Source: Leptogorgia sarmentosa (taxonomy: Eukaryota). Taken from it: a stretch of 64,000 nt of DNA. Where the stretch lies: contig OZ210885.1 of NCBI GenBank assembly GCA_964658305.1, positions 22,134,001 through 22,198,000 on the forward strand, written 5' to 3'. The translations under genes were made by a program, and so were the position numbers. This document shows, piece after piece, positions 36,059 to 47,486 of the stretch (position 1 is its first letter; the number at the start of each line of letters is the position of its first letter). The notes under the pieces are model-generated. The model saw only the letters and a program-made list of their open reading frames with translations. It did no database searches and was not told the DNA's origin.

Positions 36059-38926
36059 TCATTTTCCAAGTCTGTCTTTGAGAAAGTTTAGTTCATTCCC
36101 ACTGAGAGTGTGGTTTAATTTGACTCGAACGCTAGATGTAATACAGTTTGTTGCCACATGAAAATGCTTGTTTTCAAATGTCGCCTTCCATGTGTTGAGA
36201 CTGTCGATCCAAACGAAGTCATTCTCCTTGTGCCGCACACGGAGCTCTACATCCAACGGATCTGTTGCCCCTCCTGGGCCATCTTTCAAATTGCCAAAGC
36301 ATCCCGCGCATTTTCTAATTCTGCCAGTTATGTTGATTAATTCGAATTCCGTAGAAGTAGTTGGTGTAACTGGGGGCTTTCTGGGCTTTGCCGTCTTTCT
36401 AAGTGTTACTTTTAACGGATTGTTGTCACGGTTCTGGTCCACCTGGTAGTGGTGGGTGGCGTGATCCACTTGGCTGCTTAGAAGATCTCCAAGGGTGCGG
36501 CTGTCTTTATTCATGCTACTCATAGTGTCGGGTGATTTGCGCCTTTTTGCAGCTCTTTGCCTTGGTGGACGTTTCTTCCCTGCATTTGTGTTCACTCTGT
36601 ACCTTGTGACGGCTGTAAGGTTTGCTTGGGATCTGTCTCCCTTAAAACATCGTAGAAACTCTTTCAGGTTGTTCTTCTTGTAGGCCACAGCTACAACATG
36701 TGAGCAGATTTTTCTAGTGTTAAATCCGATGCAGTCTTTGTCGCATACATACTTTGCCATTGGACAATGTTTGACTGAGTGAGGGGATGGGGAAGATGAA
36801 CTCTTCACAAAGTAAGTGTTGGCCTGAAAGCCTTCCCGTATTGCATTCTCTGACACCAATTGTATCGCTTTAGTTGACAGAGCCTTTACGTCTTTCGCCG
36901 TGAAGATTTCTTTTAACTCTTCCTTACACAATCTCTCTAGCTGAGCTGTTGTAGAGATGGTTTCTTCCTGGTCGTTAATCCTCTCTTCAGCAAATGAACT
37001 CTGGGCGCAATCCATAGCCTCTTTGTCAACGATCGCTGCCTGGGATTTTTGCGACTGACTGATTGCACGGTATCTTTCCTGATGGCCTTCCGTATTCTCC
37101 TCATCAAACAGCCTTCGAGAAACTGCTGCATCACTTAGACCACTGACCACTCCATGCGGGTCCTCTGAACTGTTGTATGAAGAGAAGACACGTGGCTCCT
37201 GCAGGGGAACTGGCGCACTGTGGCGATATTGTCGCACCTCTTTGTATCTAACAGGATCAACGATCACTTTACTACCAACAACACGCTTGCCAGGACTCTG
37301 CTCAAAGACATTTTGATGACCCTTGACGTAGGAGGTGTATTCTTCTCTCACGACGTACGGGCTATGAAGCCCCAGAAATGCCTTTTTGACGTCGCTTCGT
37401 TGCTTGTTGATGAGATCCTTGATGTCGTCAACAAAGGAACTCATGTCCTTCGCCTGGAAATCTTGCCATCGTTTCAACAGCGCGTTCGCAGACTCGGGAA
37501 GATTGTTAGTTTGCAGGCTGTCCCCAAACCCTGCATCTCTGGACACTTTCGCTGCAATGTGATTGAACATATCCTCCGCTTTGTAAGTACGGTAATACTT
37601 GGAAAACTGCGGTGACTTTCCTGTCTCAGCTTGCTCTAAGGAATCCCACTTATCTGCCAATATATCCAACTGAAAATCATACTCATCTTTACTCTCAGCA
37701 AAAAGGAGACCCCCACTCCCAAATATGTCATCGACGATTCCATTTGTAAGGGATTCTGACAATCGCAGCTTGCTGCACTTCTCTTTGATATTCGTTCGAG
37801 AATGACCACTACAAAGAAACGACAAAGACCTGGGGAACTGCTGCGCCAGAGCTTGCCTAAGAGGGGACTCTGAATCTGAAGAATATCCTTGGAGATATAT
37901 CTCAAAACCTGGAACCTGCGCAGTAAGCTTTTGGAAGAGAGAAAGGTAGGTGGGTTAGTCCTTCAACATACAAAGCATTACTGGGCCGACCATAAGCGGA
38001 CTCTCTGGGGGATTCGCACGACGTGAAAACAATGTTGTGTTTTTGTACGTTGTCACAAGCACATAAAAGGGGCCAAGGAGGAATGTTACATCAACGTAGA
38101 GCAACGATTTATGGCCGGGAACATCGTTGCAGCAAAAGTTCACAAGGTCATCCACTTGATCATCAGTGAACAGAATCACTTTGGGAGAGTCATCATCTAG
38201 ACTGTAACTTCTTATGAATTTCTCTTCTCCTGCTGACTCAAGCTTCATCTTCTGTGTTATTTGAAGAATGGGATCTTGCACTTTTGGATGGACACTGGCC
38301 TTGATGTATGAGGCCTGCTTTTCATTTCGTGGTATAGCTCCAGCTGACCTGCAGAACTGCAGGCCACCAACTGCTTCTTCAACCTTGTGTACAGCCCTTT
38401 TGATACACGACGCTCTACTTGACTCTATCTCCTCCTTTATTTTCTTCACGGTTGACTTGTATGTCCTCAGGTAAGGGATTGTACTTGTAGACTTTGTGTT
38501 CCCATGGGGGTTTACTTTGATCTTATGCTCTTCTCCTTGGAATACATACTTTACATATACAAGATTGAAATTACCTCCATCTGGTGACACAATATTCACA
38601 ATAGTCTTGCGCAAGGAGCGGTCACTCCTGTTAACATATGACCTGCGAAATACCTGGAAGGATCCTTCAGAACCATCATTGACTTTTCTTGCACTGTTAG
38701 GACTGCCATTTTTGAAGGTGACCTTGTAGCTCTTGGTGCGTGTTTTGGTCTGCTCCCAAGCTCCTAGGTCATCTGACATAAGGTCTTCTGGGTCATCTAG
38801 AGCATCAAGATCTACAACAAAAGTCACATTGTTCTGGATGGCCACAGGATTTGTGGTAGCAATTAACTGCTTTGGAACAGCTAATAAAAACTTTAGAACA
38901 TCTGTGTTATCATCTGTCGATAACAT
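36059..38926 (-). pseudogene. MULE transposase with SWIM finger and C-terminal Cys/His cluster; one nonsense codon
   Basis: PHGN, YVDVTF, SSDSE, LCSGH, TNNLPESAN, and SWIM CDKDC..CSH. The two listed ORFs are in the same frame, separated by TAA at 37955. Small upstream exons probably extend to ~41150. Confidence 0.88.
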
Positions 38927-41900
38927 GGGAGTGATTGGTAGATGTTTGTTATGCCGGTAATGTTCAGGAGCTGCATCGCTATATGCAAAATGAAATTAGA
39001 AAATATGACAATAATTAATAAAAAAACATTTCCAGCGATCATATTTTCTGCCCTTAGATTTTTCATAGACAGAAAATAATTACCAAAAAATAAGGACAGG
39101 GACAGTACAACTGTTTATATTGAAATTGGGAGTCAGGAACAGGATATCCTTAGTTGGGGGGAGGGGATCTGAAGGAGTGTTTTTCTTCACAACCTGTTAG
39201 TAAGATTATGCTGAAGATGAGCAAATGTTGGTACAAATCATGAAGACAATGGGGTGCATTCACCTAGATGAGTCATTGGCATATGACACAATATCATGTC
39301 TTCAACTGGACACATCAATACCATTATTGTTAGATAACAAAACTCAGGTTTAGTTACAGATCAGAGGTAAATGATGTCATAAAATGTTAAGAATAAATTA
39401 TATTTTGAGATGGGAAACATCTAGACCAGTTTCCCATGCAGCTAAGGCAGTTGAATGTGTGCCCGCATCATTAGAAATACCACCACAACTTGAAATCAAC
39501 CCCACACAGGTAAAGGTAAACTTTATGTTACAATACAGATGGAATAGAACCAGCACCTTTGAGACAGTAAGAATTAAGACTACACTTTAATTATAACCAT
39601 GTTTTCATATTTTTCCTCCATATACACTTTGAGGGGGGTGTAGGGTGTCCTGTTCCAGTCATTGGAATTCCAAAAGGGTGGGGATTCACTGACACTAACA
39701 AAATCGAAATTTGAGAGGGATGGTTGATATTCCCTTCCTCAAAGGGTGCAACTGCGAGGACATCATTATTATTAAAGACATCAAAAAAGATCTTCTGGAG
39801 GGAACAACACTAAAATTGTTCTAGATCCTGGCTTCAAACAACATCCTTGGGGCTTCTAGTTTTAGACAGTGCCTATTGGCTATAGACCAGTGCTCCTAAA
39901 GCTAAAACTGTCAAAAGCTTATTTTTTATGTTAAATGATACCTTAAAAATGTTTCTTCTTTATTTTCTATCTTTTTTTTCTTTCTTAGAGGTGATGTCAC
40001 CAAAACAACATCATCATCATCTGGGTCCTATGAAAAAATATATATATATATAATTATATTATATATAATTATCTCCTTGCATACATAATATTATTACAGA
40101 CACCTTACAATGGTGGACATACAGTATCAACTTCCCAAGGTTAACCCATTTAATTCCTATCCCTTCTCTTTAACTTGTGAAATTCCATGACTGAGTGTCA
40201 TAGAGCAAAATAACTCTAAAGGTTTGATAAGTTGAGAAGGGTAACATCACTGGCTAATCAAACTTGGATTAATTTAATACCTTGTATACTAGATTTATTG
40301 GTAAAGGCGATAAATGAAACCTACAATATTCGTTGTCAACCATTAAAAAGGTTAGGTTATTTAGACATTTATTTCCATCCCCTATATTGTAGAACAAGAA
40401 TAACAGCTTCCAACTCCTCCCTCCTTCCCCATCCAAAGTTCCATAATCCCCTTGCAAGTAGTATCTTCAAAATGCATGCTCTGTTGGATACAAGTCCACC
40501 TGTTGTTTGACACTGCCAAATAGTGTCTTACCTTTTCACTGTTTGATGATTCTGATATGTAAATGATGTCACCACTAAAAAGAGGAAAACAGGTTGTTGC
40601 TTTTTGTTGTAGGTAGCTACTTACATTTTTAGGACACATGATGAGTTACTAGCTAGTGTAATAAACATACAGAATTGTTGTTTTCAGTTAGAAGCAAACC
40701 AAGCAATGGTTTTTGAAAACAAACCCCAAGAATACTCCTATCACTAGTATTTAGGCCATCTCAGTTTGGACAGATATGTTAGGGATTGTTAGATTGTAAG
40801 TTTTGTACATTTGATTTCATAGCAATATATAGTCTTAGTCTTAGGTCAAAGTTATAAGTAAAGCATAATATTACGAAGAGTTTTTTACCTTTCTTCATGT
40901 TCCATGATCTGCAAATTAATAGTACAAAACATCAATTAGTAATTTAGTAAATCATATTGTCCTTTATATTTTATTTGTGTAGTTATCGAATTTTGCCGAC
41001 AGTGACAATGCAACAAGAATACTTTATTAATCTTTTAATTAAACGATTACAATATGTGCATAATTTATGTACTAGTTCTTGAAATTCCTGGGGTACTATG
41101 GTTGATTATTGCAGGGAATCATAACAAACATAAAACTCACCTCCATGGCCAAAACAAATGAATCGAACCACGACCACACCACGCCATGTGCTTTTGACGG
41201 CAGACTGCACGCCTGCGCGGCAGTTTCTCTTGTTACCAGGCTCCTGGATATCACTCGGTTAATATGGCGTACCGAACTTAGTTAGTCCAACTAAGTGTCT
41301 CAATCTATGATATTTCAGTGTGGGACTACAGCATATTGTGAGTTTTTGTTTTTCTGCTGATTTTCGCTTTGTCAAAATTGCAAAAAACCCAAAAATATGG
41401 TGGTCCACAGGGTGGTCCATGACCTGGTCCACGGGCTGGTCCATGGACCGGTCCATGGACCAGCCCAGGTTTTCGCAACACCCGTTTTGTACCTCAATCG
41501 ATTGGCAGATTCTTCTTTCTTAGCAGGAAGGGGCAAGCCATCAAAGACGATGTACGGTTTTACATCGTTTGACATTAAAACGTCAAGATATAATTTAAAT
41601 ATTTCCACAACCCTAAATTTAAATTTTACAATCTTTAATATATTCATACAAATTTGCATTTGAGTCGAGAGAAAACATGCATAACAACAAATGTAAATAC
41701 CTTCGATCATCACCAAACTCCTTATAGCTTATGGCTAGTGCTTTATGGAGCCAACATGATGCATCCACAGCACAAGTCTGACTGGCAAAGTCTTGAATTT
41801 CAACTTTGACTGCTGGAGTTTTAATAAAAGGCAAAAGATTTTTTATTCCCATTTCACTTTTGGCAGTTTGTTCTTGTAATTAGATGCAATCCTGATGCAA

Positions 41901-42173
41901 TTTAATTCATATAGCGCGCGCTCCTCCTGTCACGAATACTTCGTACTAATGGCAAAATTTTAAATATTTCCCATGATGCATTGCGATCATAGTGCGATCA
42001 CCGCCTGTAGCGAGACTAAAACATTGGGCGGGCTAAATTACTGCCTATGTGTTATAACAGGCTCACTGTAACTCTATGGTAAGATGCATTAAAAATTAAT
42101 TCCATTTCACACATCGGCAGGTCTAAAATGCAGACTGCAGACCTGAAAATGCAGACCTCTAAAATAAAGTTAT

Positions 42174-43611
42174 ATTTAACAATTAGACAACCAGGCCGTG
42201 TCGTCTATGAGCTCAGATTCACAGGATTCGTCACTCAATTTACAAAAGCTTCTGGTGATGTTGCTTCCAATTCAACAGCAGATTCAAAGATGCCATTCGG
42301 TTTTCCGCAGAGTTGAACGGTGATTTTCGATTCCATGTTCAATCTGCGGCTGAATCGGGCGCTGCCTTCACAGAGGTCAACACCGGTTTGCATGGCATAT
42401 TTTGTGTACTTTTTGTCTTTTTTGCAATTGAAATGTTGAAATGTTGTAGAAAATGAAACAATACTCGGCAACATCGGGCAAACTCATTGAACTAAATAAA
42501 ACTGGAAGGCTACTTCCGGCCGGAAACTTGAAGCCAAATCGGCCCCAGTCTTTTCACGCAATGTAGACACGGCCAAAACAAAAACATTTCTGTTTTTTGT
42601 TGAAAAAACTTGTACAAAACTCGCAAAAAATAGTTTTAGGAAGATATGAATCATTTATATGTAACATAAATTTGGTGAATGTTTGGTTTTCATAATAATG
42701 ACCAGTTTTTGCCAAATTTTGTATGGTGCTGCCTGAAAAAACTAGCGATTTTTGTAAAAAAACCCGAACGGCGATAAGTGGCCTTTTGATAAGTGGCCAC
42801 TTTTGCTATGTCGGGCTGTCATTTTTCGTCTATTCTTGACATTTTTCAAACATTGTTCGCCCACAGGCGACCATGACATAGTCATAGACTAAAATCTGTT
42901 GTGATTCCATTTGTAGCCAGCATTCGAATCAATATGTCAAGCACATGAGATCCGTTTTAATCGAGACACAATCGTTTGTTTTCGGCGAGTTTCCCTTACA
43001 GAAATTCATCTGATCGCCATAAAATTTAATTTTTCTGTATTCATAGCACAAGAAAAGGCTTTGAAACGGTAAAAAAACAGCAAAATTACTTCTCTATTGC
43101 ATCGCAACTTCCTCCGCTCTCTTTGGACAACATGTTGTTGACTTGTTCGCTCCTTTCTACCGCGCGAGAATGTCACACAGCTGAACTCGCGTGAAATTAC
43201 CCCCAGACACGCGTGTCTGGGGGTAATTCCACGCAAAATTTTGGCTTCATTTTTTTTGTTCCCGTTTATATGAAGGTAGCCTTCCAGTTATATATAGTTC
43301 AATGGGCAAACTGTACCGCCGCCATATTGTTTATTTTCCAAGCGTGGTCTATCACGGATTAGTATAAATTTCCAGGTGACTATAACATTTCTTGCAATCT
43401 GATTGGTCGACGCACGCCGACTCTGAGGCAATAGTCACTACCCGGTGACTATAACATTTTCAAGATGGCGGTCACGTTTACGGCGTAGCTTGCGTGGACG
43501 AAGAAAACGATTCAGGCTTCGATGATTACAAGCTGATAGTCACCACGGCGCTTCGCACCTAGGTGACTATCAGTTTGTAATCACCTCGCCTTCGGCGACT
43601 AATTGTTAAAT
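42174..43611. mobile_element. Non-autonomous element bounded by the inverted repeat TATTTAACAATTAG (possibly Crypton-like)
   Basis: 14-bp inverted repeat at both ends and an internal hairpin TGATAGTCACC...GGTGACTATCA (~43534-43572). No recognisable ORF. Confidence 0.45.
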
Positions 43612-43849
43612 AGACAACGGTTGAGTAGCCAATCAGAATGCAGGATTGGTAATAGGCAACGACTGAGTGTATACTAAGTACATTACTACATATTGCAAAC
43701 TCAAATGACGCAACGTATTGTTTGGCTCATTTGTGTTCATTCTTGATGCTTAAAACGTGTAACATTTTTTGTTGAAACGATGGCAAAATATTTGTTGAAA
43801 ACACCACTCACACCGTGAGGAAAATATTTTGTATTAAAACAACTCAAAA

Positions 43850-44012
43850 ACTCAGTTTGGTACGAACCAGTGGCAAAGCCAGCCCCGGCAATTTTGTCCC
43901 GCTATGCAAATTTCAAATCATCATCATTATTCACTTCTTTAGAAATAGAAAAATTTGCATAGCAAGACAAAATTGTGAAGCTGGCTTCCCCACTGGTACG
44001 AACCAACTTTGA
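43850..44012. mobile_element. ~160-bp foldback MITE
   Basis: Imperfect inverted arms (ACCAGTGGCAAAGCCAGC / GCTGGCTTCCCCACTGGT; GCTATGCAAATTT / AAATTTGCATAGC). Confidence 0.6.
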
Positions 44013-46492
44013 CAAGCAAGTTAATTTGCACAGCACATTTAAAAATTGTATGAAAATAACACAACAAAACTAAGGGTCAGTGTTTAACGTTTCTCAGGAC
44101 GCAGCCATCCTCAACTATTCAAGTCATAATAGGCTGTTTCTATAGGTCTGTTTGGGCATTTCCATTCACATGATTAAACCAAACTCTTTCTTTAAATGTT
44201 CTCGGTGTAGGCGGTTCAGTCGAGAATGTACGTCATTTGTGACATGAATATCACCTGAACAAACAGCATCTGTCCGCTTTAGGATGCATACTTTTCGCGG
44301 ATGGTAATAACATCGTTGTTTACGAGCTGATATTTTCAGGCAATCGTCCCCTCTTGGTGTGTAAACACGATACTCCATTTTCGATAGCAAGATATCATAC
44401 GGTTGAGGTGGCGGTGGATCTGATATGGACGATCTAAATCTCTTGTTACATCCGTAACATACCGTTGCCTTACACATATCAACTGGAACAATAGAAAACT
44501 TTTCATTATCGGTGAATCGTAAGTCATCCTTTTTCGGGCTAGAACATGAATGACTGGAGATATTTCTATCATAAGTAGGGTGGCGTGTTCACTGTTTTCC
44601 TGCCTTTCTGCCAGTTGACTTAGGAAGTTCAGACTGGAGTTGTCTGGACAGGTTTGGAGACCATGTTGATACAAGATATTGCAAATCACCCTCCTTTTTA
44701 GCAACAGCAATGATATGCGCACACAATCTTCGTGAGCGAAATCCATCACAATCACATTCAAATCGTTTTGGGCCATCTTTTATCCCAACTAAATGAGGTT
44801 TTCTTGGATTCGTAAGTGAAGTGACCACTTTAGTTTTTGTTGTTCTAGGGACATCGGCAACACCATTCTAGCCTAAAATTAAGTTGGCATTCTCCCAACT
44901 AGACCGAGCCATTTCTGGAAGACCACTGGCAGCAAAATCGTTGTTAACTTGTTCATCCCTATTGACACTATCATTTCCTGGATCATTATTTAGTACATGT
45001 AGAGACTCACAACATGGGTCGATCAATTTTATGCAGTGGTCTCGCTCTTTCTTGTTCATACTTCTCCAATCCTCTGACGTTACGGTCAAGTGTGAAAAAT
45101 CTGAAACAAGTTTGTAGGGACCGAGGTCTAGAATCGCTCTTTGAATATTTCTCCTAACCTTGTTTACATATTCTTTGTAGAAGTCCACAATTTCCGTTAA
45201 AGTGCATTCAGGATTTGCGGTGCCAGATTTTTCACGATTATTCTTGATTTGTTCAATTCTTTGCTTAATCCTTCTATTCATACTCTCGTTTGCATTGTTA
45301 TAGAAGAAATTGTCGCCCAAGCAAACTTGCCGACGAATTTTCAAAATAATTTTTTCTTTCATATCATTGGCTATATTCGATTGAAAATATTCGAAAAACT
45401 TTACGTCTTTAGAGCCTCGTGCTGTTTCCTCTCTTTCGCACGACTTAGGTTTTAAATTATACAGTCTACTGTCAAAATCTTCAGAGCTCAAACAATCGAC
45501 TAAACCAAGAACCTTGTCACTATCGCAGCCAAAAATGTCCGTGAGAAATTCGTTCTTTGCTTGCCCAGTTATTCCCAAGGTGGTTAATTTCGATTTTATG
45601 TTATCTTGAACGTGCTTTTTGCAAGCAAGAAATTGGGAAGAGCGGAAGACAGACTTTAATCCTTTATCAATTGCGGCGTCTCGATCTGATCCAATGGCAC
45701 GGACACCAAGTAGTTCTTCATCCTGGTCCACAAGACAATTAGCAAAAAATCGAAAATTTGTCGCATCCAGCTTATCGTTAATCAAAGCTGGTCCAGGTAA
45801 AACGGGATGTTGACCGGTTTGGCGGTCCAAAAGTTTAAGATGACGATATGTCGTGGGACTGAAGTAGACTTTTTTTGATATATTGTATGTAGTATCAATT
45901 CCTAGTATTGAAAAATCGCGTATGCCGGTACAAAAATCCTTGATATCTCTTATAAGAGGCTTGTTTGCGAGAACAAAACGAATGTTTGGTGTTGATTGCA
46001 ATGCATGTATGAAGTTATCTGACTTTGCTTTGTCTATCAAAGAGGCTACTTCATCCTTGTCCGATCCTTCTCTCATAGTACTTCGAATGTACTTCACCTG
46101 CTTGTTGTCACGAGGGACGTCACTAAAAGCTGACATTCCCATCACCCCACCAGACTCTTGGAATACTTCATCAAATATTTTTGAGGGTCCGGACCTTGAC
46201 TGCACTTTACGTTTTATGCTTTCTTTTGCACTTTTGGTTGTAGGAATATATGGACGTTGCAATTTTACGGAATTTCCATGTCGTTTTACATTTATCGGAT
46301 GAGGTGGACCATCAAATATGTATTGCAAAAATACCAGATCATAGGGCTTGTTTTGGAAAATTTCATAGTTCCGTACTATTCCTTTTGAACGTCTTGTCAG
46401 AACTATGTATCCAATAAGTTTTCTTCACCAGGATCTGACCAGGTTTTAAAGGGAAGCGAAACTTTTTTGGTAAAACAGCAACAGCAAGCAAG

Positions 46493-47410
46493 ATGGCTCG
46501 CGGGCTCAGCAAGCAAGATGGCGATTGTTTTCTTGCTCCGCAAATTCTATATTCAATCTACAACAATCCTGTGTTAATGATTGTTATTTCTTTATTATTT
46601 ATATGTTGTTATGTCTTTAAAAGTATATTCGTGATTATGGCAGCAGAAATAAAAAATTTGGAGGCTTTATTCGACAAAAAATTGAAGCCTTTATTCTCTA
46701 AATTTGATGACTTAAATGTTAAAGTCGATGAAGCTATATGTTCGTTATCGTTCCTAAGTGCAAAATATGATGAGCTAAATGCTAAAGCTACAAATATGGA
46801 AGCAAGTATTAAAGAGTTAAAAGATGAGAATACTATGTTAAAAAGTGATATTGCTAGCATGAAGGATGAAAATAATGTATTGAAATCTGCACAGGACGAA
46901 CTTGAGCAGTATGGAAGACGAGAATGTATTGAAATAAGAGGGATTCCTTTGGTTCCTGATGAGAATACCAATGAAATAGTGATAAAGTTGGCATCTGTAC
47001 TCGGGGTACATATTACTGAAGCTGATATATCTATTAGCCATCGTTTGGGGTCTCCTGCTGTTGGCAGTACCCGTTCTGGTCGTTCTTTTGGTACAGCTTC
47101 AGTGCCTGCTATTATTGTTAAGTTCATACGACGTGATGTCAGAGATAAGTTATATACTTCAAGATCAAAGTTAAGAAATATTAGTCTGAAAGATCTTGGC
47201 TTTACTAGACATGTAGAATCGAAGGTTTTTATGGCCGAGAGTTTAACAAAGAAACGTAAAAATTTGTTCAAAGCATGTCTTCAAAAGAAACGGGAAATTG
47301 GCTTTCAATTTATATGGACACGATATGGAAAAATTTATTTACGTAAGGATAAGGACAGCTCAGCTATGCTTATTGAAAGTACCCAACAACTGCAGAGGCT
47401 CACAAGATAA
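46493..47410 (+). CDS. LINE ORF1 (coiled coil + RRM-like + C-terminal domain); true start may be the ATG at ~46637
   Basis: Heptad region, LEQYGRRECIEIRGIP, ISHRL, IIVKF, ESLT, FIWTRYGKIYLRK. Confidence 0.88.
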   Translation: MARGLSKQDGDCFLAPQILYSIYNNPVLMIVISLLFICCYVFKSIFVIMAAEIKNLEALFDKKLKPLFSKFDDLNVKVDEAICSLSFLSAKYDELNAKATNMEASIKELKDENTMLKSDIASMKDENNVLKSAQDELEQYGRRECIEIRGIPLVPDENTNEIVIKLASVLGVHITEADISISHRLGSPAVGSTRSGRSFGTASVPAIIVKFIRRDVRDKLYTSRSKLRNISLKDLGFTRHVESKVFMAESLTKKRKNLFKACLQKKREIGFQFIWTRYGKIYLRKDKDSSAMLIESTQQLQRLTR

Positions 47411-47486
47411 GTTTATATTGACAATTTATTTATTTGTTGTGTGGTAATATGTACAAGTCTTAACTATAATTGAAACTTTATAATTA

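Larger units (their letters stand above)
34688..41483 (-). mobile_element. MULE-2: complete Mutator-like element (6796 bp), 9-bp TSD GTTTTGTAC
   Basis: ~110-bp TIRs starting GGGTGTTGCGAAAACCTGGGCTGGTCC. A second inner inverted block lies at 34817-34869 / 41222-41273. TSD at 34679-34687 and 41484-41492. Confidence 0.95.
34225..41852 (-). pseudogene. EXO1-like (XPG/FEN1 family) 5' nuclease gene, split by MULE-2 and truncated by the IS3EU-like element
   Basis: MGIKNLLPF..AVDASCWLHKA and KPYIVFDGLPLPAKKEES (XPG-N). Further exons at ~34610-34500 and ~34275-34225 end in EPYEADA (start of XPG-I). Confidence 0.8.

Noticed and set aside
41619..41852. Functional host EXO1
   Set aside because: The gene is interrupted twice and divergent; orthology cannot be shown from the sequence alone.
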